From Macrostomum lignano (taxonomy: Eukaryota), in NCBI GenBank assembly GCA_002269645.1, contig NIVC01001994.1, forward strand, positions 62,001 through 126,000: a DNA stretch of 64,000 nucleotides, read 5' to 3'. A program made the position numbers and the translations under genes. The notes beneath the pieces are model-generated. The model was not told where the DNA came from. It ran no database searches and saw only the letters and a program-made list of their open reading frames with translations. Position 1 is the stretch's first letter, and each line of letters begins with the position of its first letter. This document shows positions 53,177-64,000 of this stretch, piece by piece.

Positions 53177-55832
53177 GTAAGTAGAAACATCTCTTTTTTA
53201 AGAAGTCAAAAGAGATCCTCTGGCAATATCAAGAACTTTTTAGAATCATTCCGTCAAAAACTATAGTCACCGCTATGAACTCTCTAGAGAATCGGCCTTC
53301 AAAACCCTCTTAGAATCGGCCCTGAAAATCATATAAAGATTCTCAATGAGATTGATGGGGCGATTCTCAATGAGATTGATGGGGCGATTCTCAATAAGAT
53401 TGATGGGGCGATTCTCAATGAGATTGATGGGGCGATTCTCAATGAGATTGATGGTGTGATTCTCAATTAGATTGATGGGACGATTCTCAATGAGATTGAT
53501 GGTGCGATTCTCAATGAGATTGATGGTGCGATTCTCAATGAGATTGATGGGGCGATTCTCAATGAGATTGATGGTGCAATTCTCAATGAGATTGATGGGG
53601 CGATTCTCAATGAGATTGATGGGGCGATTCTCAATGAGATTGATGGTGCAATTCTCAATGAGATTGATGGGGCGATTCTCAATGAGATTGATGGGGCGAT
53701 TCTCAATGAGATTGATGGGGCGATTCTTAATGAGATTGATGGGGCGATTCTCAATGAGATTGATGGTGCAATTCTCAATGAGATTGATGGGGCGATTCTT
53801 AATGAGATTGATGGGGCGATTCTCAATGAGATTGATGGGGCGATTCTCAATGAGATTGATGGTGCAATTCTCAATGAGATTGATGGGGCGATTCTCAATG
53901 AGATTGATGGTGCGATTCTCAATGAGATTGATGGTGCAATTCTCAATGAGATTGATGGGCGATTCTCAATGAGATTGATGGGGCGATTCTCAATGAGATT
54001 GATGGGGCGATTCTCAATGAGATTGATGGTGCAATTCTCAATGAGATTGATGGGGCGATTCTCAATGAGATTGATGGTGCGATTCTCAATGAGATTGATG
54101 GTGCAATTCTCAATGAGATTGATGGGGCGATTCTCAATGAGATTGATGGTGCAATTCTCAATGAGATTGATGGGGCGATTCTCAATGAGATTGATGGTGC
54201 AATTCTCAATGAGATTGATGGGGCGATTCTTAATGAGATTGATGGGGCGATTCTCAATGAGATTGATGGTGCAATTCTCAATGAGATTGATGGGGCGATT
54301 CTCAATGAGATTGATGGTGCAATTCTCAATGAGATTGATGGGGCGATTCTCAATGAGATTGATGGTGCAATTCTCAATGAGATTGATGGGGCGATTCTTA
54401 ATGAGATTGATGGGGCGATTCTCAATGAGATTGATGGTGCGATTCTTAATGAGATTGATGGGGCGATTCTCAATGAGATTGATGGGGCGATTCTCAATGA
54501 GATTGATGGTGCAATTCTCAATGAGATTGATGGGGCGATTCTCAATGAGATTGATGGTGCAATTCTCAATGAGATTGATGGTGTGATTCTCAATGAGATT
54601 GATGGGGGCGATTCTCGATGAGATTGATGGGGGCGATTCTCGATGAGATTGATGGGGGCGATTCTCGATGAGATTGATGGGGAGGGCGATTCTCGATGAG
54701 ATTGATGGGGAGGGCGATTCTTGATGAGATTGATGGGGGGCGATTCTCGATGAGATTGATGGGGAGGGCGATTCTCGATGAGATTGATAGGGTGCGATTC
54801 TAAATGAGATTGATGGGGCGATTCTTAATGAGATTGATGGGGCGATTCTCAATGAGATTGATGGGGCGATTCTCAATGAGATTGATGGTGCAATTCTCAA
54901 TGAGATTGATGGGGCGATTCTCAATGAGATTGATGGGGCGATTCTCAATGAGATTGATGGGGCGATTCTCAATGAGATTGATGGGGCGATTCTCAATGAG
55001 ATTGATGGGGCGATTCTCAATGAGATTGATGGGGCGATTCTTAATGAGATTGATGGGGCGATTCTTAATGAGATTGATGGGGCGATTCTTAATGAGATTG
55101 ATGGTGCGATTCTCAATGAGATTGATGGTGCGATTCTCAATGAGATTGATGGGGCGATTCTCAATGAGATTGATGGGGCGATTCTCAATGAGATTGATGG
55201 TGTAATTCTCAATTAGATTGATGGGGCGATTCTCAATGAGATTGATGGGGCGATTCTCAATAAGATTGATGGGGCGATTCTTAATGAGATTGATGGGGCG
55301 ATTCTCAATGAGATTGATGGGGCGATTCTCAATGAGATTGATGGGGCGATTCTCAATGAGATTGATGGTGCGATTCTCAATGAGATTGATGGGGCGATTC
55401 TCAATGAGATTGATGGGGCGATTCTTAATGAGATTGATGGTGCGATTCTTAATGAGATTGATGGGGCGATTCTCAATGAGATTGATGGGGCGATTCTCAA
55501 TGAGATTGATGGTGTGATTCTCAATTAGATTGATGGGACGATTCTCAATGAGATTGATGGTGCGATTCTCGATGAGATTGATGGTGCGATTGTTAATGAG
55601 ATTGATGGTGCGATTCTCAATGAGATTGATGGGGCGATTCTCAATGAGATTGATGGTGCAATTCTCAATGAGATTGATGGGGCGATTCTCAATGAGATTG
55701 ATGGGGCGATTCTCAATGAGATTGATGGTGTGATTCTCAATTAGATTGATGGTGCAATTCTCAATGAGATTGATGGGGCGATTCTCAATGAGACTGACCG
55801 AGTGATTATCAATACCTTTATGGAATAATCTT

Positions 55833-55874
<42 letters not shown>

Positions 55875-55888
55875 GGTCTGTCTGTCTG

Positions 55889-55920
<32 letters not shown>

Positions 55921-55933
55921 CATGTCTGTCTGC

Positions 55934-55965
<32 letters not shown>

Positions 55966-56158
55966 GTTAGTGTCTGTCTGTCTGTTTGTCTGTCCATGTC
56001 TGTCTGCCTGTCTGTCTGTCTGTCTGTCTGTCCCCGTCTGTCGGTCCCTGTCTGTCTGTCCCCGTCTATCGGTCCCTGTCTGTCTTAGTGTCTTAGTGTC
56101 TATCTGTCTGCCGTCAGTCAGTCCCAGCCGCATCAACCCCCCCCCACCCGCCACCCAG

Positions 56159-56376
56159 ACGAGGGCCTGACCTTCCTGGACCATTTCCGGCTGCTCATCA
56201 CGCAGATCGGCAACGCCATGGGCTACGTCCGCATGATCCGCAGTGGCGGATTCAACTGCTGCAGCAGCGCTATCAGATTTGTGCCGGACCTCGAGGATAT
56301 CCCGGCGTTCGAGGAACTGGCGAGCAAGGCTGGATTGAGCCAGGGCACTGTGACTGCCGCCCAGCAACTGGACCAA
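56159..56376 (+). pseudogene. WASHC4: Inverted WASHC4 exon copy 5
   Basis: As copy 1 plus private Leu-to-Phe change (ggattcaac). Confidence 0.93.
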
Positions 56377-58029
56377 GTAAGTAGAAACATCTCTTTTTTA
56401 AGAAGTCAAAAGAGATCCTCTGGCAATATCAAGAACTTTTTAGAATCATTCCGTCAAAAACTATAGTCACCGCTATGAACTCTCTAGAGAATCGGCCTTC
56501 AAAACCCTCTTAGAATCGGCCCTGAAAATCATATAAAGATTCTCAATGAGATTGATGGGGCGATTCTCAATGAGATTGATGGGGCGATTCTCAATAAGAT
56601 TGATGGGGCGATTCTCAATGAGATTGATGGGGCGATTCTCAATGAGATTGATGGGGCGATTCTCAATGAGATTGATGGGGCGATTCTCAATAAGATTGAT
56701 GGGGCGATTCTCAATGAGATTGATGGGGCGATTCTCAATGAGATTGATGGTGCGATTCTCGATGAGATTGATGGTGCGATTGTTAATGAGATTGATGGGG
56801 CGATTCTCAATGAGATTGATGGTGCGATTGTTAATGGGATTGATGGGGCGATTCTCAATGAGATTTATGGGGCGATTCTCAATGAGATTTATGGGGCGAT
56901 TCTCAATGAGATTGATGGGGCGATTCTCAATGAGATTTATGGGGCGATTCTTAATGAGATTTATGGGGCGATTCTCGATGAGATTGATGGTGCAATTCTC
57001 GATGAGATTGATGGGGCGATTCTCAATGAGATTGATGGTGCGATTCTCAATGAGATTGATGGTGCGATTCTCAATGAGATTGATGGGGCGATTCTCAATG
57101 AGATTGATGGGGCGATTCTCAATGAGATTGATGGGGCGATTCTCAATGAGATTGATGGGGCGATTCTCAATGAGATTGATGGGGCGATTCTCAATGAGAT
57201 TGATGGGGCGATTCTCAATGAGATTGATGGGGCGATTCTCAATGAGATTGATGGGGCGATTCTCGATGAGATTGATGGGGGGCGATTCTCGATGAGATTG
57301 ATGGGGCGATTCTCAATGAGATTGATGGGGCGATTCTCGATGAGATTGATGGGGGGCGATTCTCGATGAGATTGATGGGGCGATTCTCGATGAGATTGAT
57401 GGGGTGCGATTCTAAATGAGATTGATGGGGCGATTCTTACTGAGACTGACCGAGTGATTATCAATACCTTTATGGAAATGATGAACACAAAATCCTTTAA
57501 GATCTCAAAGTTTTTATGAATTTCAAAATTAAACTATAAAAATTACAGAGTTGGCGCAGTTTATAATTATTAGATTATTATTAATGCCTGCCTGAATCAG
57601 TCAAGTACTCGCGGTTTAATTAGGCTTTAAATTTTGAGTTGTTGAAAAAATATCACGATAGTAAAATAAATCGATCAAAATGTACTGGGTCAAGTATAAA
57701 TATTAACATGAATCATTAACGAAATTAACTTGAAAAATAACTTGTAAGAGTGGAAAAAATTAAATAATGAAACTAAACATACTACTGGTAGGCAATTGCT
57801 TGAATTTAAGCAAACAGTTTTTTTCTGAAGTAAATATTGCGTTTTTCATTTTGAGGGGCGCAGGCTAATCAAATAAATTTGGCTAAGATAAAAATTTACT
57901 GAATTCCAGTCCAGTGACACAAAAATAATCTTGTAGGATTCCTCAAAAGGTACATATCTTTATTAAACTGGGATTTATCTCAATGTAGATCCAAATAGTT
58001 CATGAGGATTTCCCTCCTCCTTCCCTTTC

Positions 58030-58490
58030 CCTCCACTGGGACTCCCCCTCCCCGAACATTTGGAAATTCCACTGGGAATTCCCCCTCTCCGAACATGGGG
58101 ATTCCCCTTCCCGAACATGGGGAAATTCCAATGGGGATTCCCCTTTCCGAACATGGGGAAATTCCAATGGGGATTCCCCTTTCCGAACATGGGGAAATTC
58201 CAATGGGGATTCCCCTTTCCGAACATGGGGAAATTCTAATGGGGATTCCCCTTTCCGAACATGGGGAAATTCCAATGGGATTCTCCTTCCCGAACATGGG
58301 GAAATTTCAATGGGGATTCCCCTTCCCGAACATGGGGAAATTCCAATGGGGATTCCCCTTCCCGAACATGGGGAAATTCCAATGGGGATTCCCCTTCTTG
58401 AACATGGGGAAATTCCAATGGGGATTCCCCCTTCCCGAACATGGGGAAATTCCAATGGGGATTCCCCTTTCCGAACATGGCTAAATTTTA
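58030..58490. repeat. 36-bp minisatellite (ggggaaattccaatggggattcccctttccgaacat)n
   Basis: About 12 units downstream of the WASHC4 stop. Confidence 0.94.
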
Positions 58491-58807
58491 CTGGGGATTT
58501 TCACGAACGTTGGGTATTTCCCTGGGGATTCTCCTCTACAAAAATGTGGGATTTTCCTGTGGTTATCAAAGAATGCACATTTACGGATTTCACTGGGATT
58601 TCCCTAAACGAAAATAGAAAAATCGCACTGTAATTTTCGTAAACAAACATTTAAGATTTCATGGGAATTCCCTAAAAGTAATTCTAGAATATACAAACGA
58701 TTTAAAATCAAAACATACTTGGAAGAATAATCAAATGTCATCAGAGTAATAGAACCGCACAGACTCCATAATTACGAGCTAAATGAAAGCATTGCTTAAT
58801 CAAATGT

Positions 58808-61800
58808 TCACGAAGCCGCAGTCGTCGTCGCTTCCGCTGACTCCGCTGATGTCGGGGCCGCAGCTGCAGAGTCGCCTGCGCCGCCACTTCCTCCGCTGCC
58901 TCCGCCTCCGCCGCCCTCTTTCTCGGCGCGGAAGAAGATTCTGGCGCTAGTGAGGCCCTGGTCTAGTAGGGCGAATTCGCGCGAATATCGCTCGTGCCGG
59001 CTGAGAGTCAGGGTCAGCGTCTGCTGGAGCTTCTCATCCGACCGGCCGGCCTTGTCCAACTGCTGCTTGGCCTGGGTGAGTTTAAGGCGATTCTCAGAGT
59101 GAGTTTAAGGCGATACTCAGAGTGAGTTTAAGGCGATTCTCAGAGTGAGTTTAAGGCGATACTCAGAGTGAGTTTGGGGCGATACTCAGAGTGAGTTTAA
59201 GGCGATACTCAGAGTGAGTTTAAGGCGAAACTCAGAGTGAGTTTAAGGCGATTCTCAGAGTGATTTTAAGGCGATTCTCAGAGTGAGTTTAAGGCGATAC
59301 TCAGAGTGAGTTTAAGGCGATACTCAGAGTGAGTTTGGGGCGATACTCAGAGTGAGTTTAAGGCGATACTCAGAGTGAGTTTAAGGCGATACTCAGAGTG
59401 AGTTTAAGGCGATACTCAGCGTGAGTTTAAGGCGATACTCGGAGTGAGTTTGGGGCGATACTCAGAGTGAGTTTAAGGCGATACTCAGAGTGAGTTTGGG
59501 GCGATACTCAGAGTGAGTTTAAGGCGATACTCAGAGTGAGTTTGGGGCGATACTCAGAGTGAGTTTAAGGCGATACTCAGAGTGAGTTTAAGGCGATTCT
59601 CAGAGTGAGTTTAAGGCGATACTCAGAGTGAGTTTGGGGCGATACTCAGAGTGAGTTTGGGGCGATTCTCAGAGTGAGTTTAAGGCGATACTCAGAGTGA
59701 GTTTGGGGCGATTCTCAGAGTGAGTTTAAGGCGATACTCAGAGTGAGTTTAAGGCGATACTCAGAGTGAGTTTAAGGCGATACTCAGAGTGAGTTTAAGG
59801 CGATACTCAGAGTGAGTTTAAGGCGATTCTCAGAGTGAGTTTAAGGCGATTCTCAGAGTGAGTTTAAGGCGATACTCAGAGTGAGTTTAAGGCGATACTC
59901 AGAGTGAGTTTAAGGCGATACTCAGCGTGAGTTTAAGGCGATACTCGGAGTGAGTTTGGGGCGATACTCAGAGTGAGTTTAAGGCGATACTCAGAGTGAG
60001 TTTGGGGCGATACTCAGAGTGAGTTTGGGGCGATTCTCAGAGTGAGTTTAAGGCGATACTCAGAGTGAGTTTAAGGCGATTCTCAGAGTGAGTTTAAGGC
60101 GATACTCAGAGTGAGTTTGGGGCGATACTCAGAGTGAGTTAAAGGCGATACTCAGTGTGAGTTTAAGGCGATTCTCAGAGTGAGTTTAAGGCGATACTCA
60201 GAGTGAGTTTGGGGCGATACTCAGAGTGAGTTTAAGGCGATACTCAGAGTGAGTTTGGGGCGATACTCAGAGTGAGTTTGGGGCGATTCTCAGAGTGAGT
60301 TTAAGGCGAAACTCAGAGTGAGTTTAAGGCGATTCTCAGAGTGAGTTTAAGGAGATACTCAGAGTGAGTTTAAGGCGAATCTCATAGTGATTTTAAGGAG
60401 ATACTCAGAGTGAGTTTAAGGCGATTCTCATAGTGATTTTAAGGAGATACTCAGAGTGAGTTTAAGGCGATTCTCAGAGTGAGTTTAAGAGGATTCTCAC
60501 GCTTAAAAACGTTCTATCCTTACGCTTTAAAACGTGTCGATATAAATCAATTACCTCAGCCTTAAGCGTTCCGTAGTGCCTCTGAACTGAGCGGAACCAA
60601 TGCAGGGAATCGAACTCGCGACTTTGATCCAACAGTTTCAACACGTAGGCCAGGCCCATGGCAAAGCCATCGTCGGAGAAAGCCGCTCCGGTTTTGTTTT
60701 TCTTATTCAGTCGATCTTTGCACTGGACCATGTGCTCCACAAAGTTCACAGTCAGGGCTGGCACAATCACGTGAACGTTGCGCAGATGGGCATTCTTTTT
60801 GTCGCGAAATTCTTTGGCGAACACGTCAACTAGCATAGCGAAATAGTCTGTGCCTTCGCTGTAGTTCTTGACTAGACCTGCGACTGTCTGCGGGAGGGTG
60901 CCAATGAGGGCCGATTCTTATAGGGTTTTGAGGGACGATTCTTACAGGGTTTTGAGGGCCGATTCTTACAGGGTTTTGAGGGCCGATTCTTACAGGGTTT
61001 TGAGGGCCGATTCTTAGAGGGTTTTGAGGGACGATTCTTAGAGGGTTTTGAGGGCCGATTCTTAGAGGGTTTTGAGGGACGATTCTTACAGGGTTTTGAG
61101 GGCCGATTCTTACAGGGTTTTGAGGGCCGATTCTTACAGGGTTTTGAGGGCCGATTCTTAGAGGGTTTTAAGGGCCGATTCTTACAGGGTTTTGAGGGCC
61201 GATTCTTACAGGGTTTTGAGGGCCGATTCTTACAGGGTTTTGAGGGCCGATTCTTAGAGGGTTTTGAGGGACGATTCTTACAGGGTTTTGAGGGCCGATT
61301 CTTACAGGGTTTTGAGGGCCGATTCTTAGAGGGTTTTAAGGGCCGATTCTTACAGGGTTTTGAGGGCCGATTCTTACAGGGTTTTGAGGGCCGATTCTTA
61401 TAGGGTTTTGAGGGCCGATTCTTATAGGGTTTTGAGGGCTGATTCTTAGAGGGTTTTGAGGGCCGATTCTTAGAGGGTTTTGGGGGCCGATTCTTATAGG
61501 GTTTTGAGGGCCGATTCTTAGAGGGTTTTGAGGGCCGATTCTTAAAGGGTTTTGGGGGCCGATTCTTATAGGGTTTTGAGGGCCGATTCTTACAGGGTTT
61601 TGGGGGCCGATTCTTACAGGGTTTTGAGGGACGATCCTTACAGGGTTTTGAGGGCCGATTCTTAGAGGGTTTTGGGGGCCGATTCTTACAGGGTTTTGAG
61701 GGATGATTCTTAGATAGTTTTGAGGGCCGGTTCTGAGAGGGTTTTGATAGCCGATTCTAAGTGGGTTTGAGGGCCGATTTTTATATGACTTTGAGGGACG

Positions 61801-62538
61801 ATTCTTAAAGGATTTTGAGGGCCGATTTTTTAAGTTTTGAGGGACGATTTTTAGAGGATTTAAAAGGCCGATTATTAGATGGTTCTGATGGCCGATTATT
61901 AGATGGTTTTGATGGCCGATTCTAAGCGGGTTGTAAAGGGCGATTTTTATATGATTTTCAGGGCCGATTCTAAGAGGGTTTTGAAGGCCGATTCTCTAGA
62001 GAGTTCATAGCGGTGACTATAGTTTTTGACGGAATGATTCTAAAAAGTTCTTGATATTGTCAGAGGATCTCTTTTTACTTCTTAAAAAAGTGATGTTTCT
62101 ACTTACTTGGTCCAGTTGCTGGGCGGCAGTCACAGTGCCCTGGCTCAATCCAGCCTTGCTCGCCAGTTCCTCGAACGCCGGGATATCTTCGAGGTCCGGC
62201 ACAAATCTGATAGCGCTGCTGCAGCAGTTGAGTCCGCCACTGCGGATCATGCGGACGTAGCCCATGGCGTTGCCGATCTGCGTGATGAGCAGCCGAAAAT
62301 GGTCCAGGAAGGTCAGGCCCTCGTCTGGGTGCGGGGTGGGGGGGGTTGATGCGGCTGGGACTGACTGATGGCAGAGATACAGACAGATAGACACTAAGAC
62401 AGACGGGGACCGACAGACCGGGACAGATAGACAGGGAGACAGACAGGCAGACAGACAGACACAGACACAGACAGACAGACAGACAGACACAGACAGACAG
62501 ACACAGACAGACAGACAGACACAGACAGACAGACAGAC

Positions 62539-62569
<31 letters not shown>

Positions 62570-62981
62570 CAGACAGACAGACAGACAGCCGTCACTCACC
62601 CGTGACCCCCAGCTGCCGGATCCCCTTATTGAACTTGTCTGCCCTCTCAAACGGGAACATCTGGTCCTTGGCGCCGCCTTCGACGTGATTTTCCAGGAAA
62701 TGCCGCCGATCCTTAATCAGGCGCGCCTTGATATGCTCGTCAAACATAAACTGAGAGAAAATGAAGAACTTCTTGCGCAAATACTGATAGGTGTAATTAA
62801 CCGTTGTGTTCATTATGCCGGTGCCGTGGGTTCGAATAGAGTTGGCGACATGACGAATATTGATGGTGTTCAAGTGCTTGTTGTTTGAAGCCTTCTCAAC
62901 GAAGATTTGGTTGTTAAGGTTGTACAGGTACTTGGCAACGAATACGTTAATGTTGCGCATGATCTCTAGCACGTCCAGGCC
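58808..62981 (-). CDS. WASHC4: WASH complex subunit 4 (SWIP/KIAA1033), last four exons 62600-62981, 62107-62324, 60555-60887, 58808-59071; 5' part lies beyond the window
   Basis: [99 protein letters not shown] recognised from WASHC4; GT-AG introns with consistent phases. Confidence 0.96.
59075..60500. repeat. 23-bp intronic minisatellite (ggcgatactcagagtgagtttaa)n
   Basis: Fills the last WASHC4 intron. Confidence 0.96.
60908..62000. repeat. 24-bp intronic minisatellite (gggccgattcttacagggttttga)n, diverged at right edge
   Basis: Read directly. Confidence 0.95.
62370..62588. repeat. (ACAG)n intronic microsatellite
   Basis: Read directly. Confidence 0.95.
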
Positions 62982-63044
62982 CTGTGGAAGGGGCGGTGTT
63001 TGAACAGAGGGTATTTGATTCTTTTATTTCGATTCTTGAGGGTT

Positions 63045-64000
63045 GTTTATGGCTATTCTTGAGGGTTGTTTATGGCGATTCTCGAGGGTTGTTTATGGCG
63101 ATTCTTGAGGGTTGTTTATGGCGATTCTTGAGGGTTGTTTATGACGATTCTTGAGGGTTGTTTATGGCGATTCTTGAGGGTTGTTTATAGCGATTCTTGA
63201 CGGTTGTTTATGACGATTTATGAGGGTTGTTTATGGCGATTCTTGACGGTTGTTTATGACGATTCTTGAGGGTTGTCTATGGCGATTCTTGAGGGTTGTT
63301 TATGGCTATTCTTGAGGGTTGTTTATGGCGATTCTCGAGGGTTGTTTTTGGCGATTCTTGAGGGTTGTTTTTGGCGATTCTTGAGGGTTGTTTATGGCGA
63401 TTCTTGAGGGTTGTTTATGGCGATTCTCGAGGGTTGTTTATGACGATTCTTGAGGGTTGTTTATGGCGATTCTTGAGGGTTGTTTATGACGATTCTTGAG
63501 GGTTGTCTTTGGCGATTCTTGAGGGTTGTTTTTGGCGATTCTTGAGGGTTGTTTATGGCGATTCTTGAGGGTTGTTTATGGCGATTCTTGAGGGTTGTTT
63601 ATGGCGATTCTTGAGGGTTGTTTATGACGATTCTTGAGGGTTGTTTTTGGCGATTCTTGAGGGTTGTTTATGGCGATTCTTGAGGGTTGTTTATGACGAT
63701 TCTTGAGGGTTGTTTATGGCGATTCTTGAGGGTTGTTTATGGCGATTCTTGAGGGTTGTTTATGGCGATTCTTGAGGGTTGTTTATGACGATTCTTGAGG
63801 GTTGTTTTTGGCGATTCTTGAGGGTTGTTAATGGCGATTCTTGAGGGTTGTTTTTGGCGATTCTTGAGGGTTGTTTATGGCGATTCTTGAGGGTTGTTTA
63901 TGGCGATTCTTGAGGGTTGTTTATGACGATTCTTGAGGGTTGTTTATGACGATTCTTGAGGGTTGTTTATGGCGATTCTTGAGGGTTGTTTATTGCGATT
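63045..64000. repeat. 23-bp intronic minisatellite (ggcgattcttgagggttgtttat)n
   Basis: Runs to the window end. Confidence 0.96.

Larger units (their letters stand above)
37520..57445. repeat. ~20 kb 24-bp satellite (gcgattctcaatgagattgatggg)n with ~3.2 kb higher-order units
   Basis: Several hundred monomers; G-run variant blocks and an exon cassette recur periodically. Confidence 0.97.

Noticed and set aside
37520-57445. CRISPR-like repeat/spacer array
   Set aside because: Monomers are contiguous, inserts are near-identical rather than unique spacers, no cas genes, eukaryotic context.
37509-57488. Long IAPSISLR / GAILNEID / MRLMGRFS ORFs
   Set aside because: By-product of a stop-poor 24-bp monomer, with frequent frame breaks.
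62325-62365. Upstream acceptor adding ASTPPTPHP to the WASHC4 exon
   Set aside because: The acceptor at 62324 gives [10 protein letters not shown], colinear with known WASHC4; the C-run is better read as the pyrimidine tract.

Overview
Repeat-rich animal (invertebrate) genomic DNA with GC-rich spliced exons and minisatellite-filled introns. The style resembles the flatworm Macrostomum, but that is an inference only. Five protein-coding genes can be assembled by hand: a STAR/quaking-family RNA-binding gene (+, 6 coding exons, 9969-24337); an uncharacterised 8-9 exon gene (-, 27910-32753); an intronless ER-type JmjC/cupin gene ending in RDEL nested on the same strand in one of its introns (29895-31160); a secreted N-formylglutamate amidohydrolase-like gene (-, 3 exons); and the last four exons of WASHC4/SWIP (-). 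Mobile DNA includes a dead mariner, a 6.4 kb foldback-type element with long repeat-bearing TIRs and an 8-bp TSD that carries LINE fragments, a nearly intact RTE-like LINE, three MITEs with 8-bp TSDs and two CORE-type SINEs. The most unusual structure is a ~20 kb 24-bp satellite with ~3.2 kb higher-order units, each holding an inverted, splice-site-intact copy of one WASHC4 exon (5 copies). That satellite and the arrays in three WASHC4 introns form one related GCGATTCT-core family, with a different variant in each array. Assembly artefacts in the satellite cannot be excluded from sequence alone.
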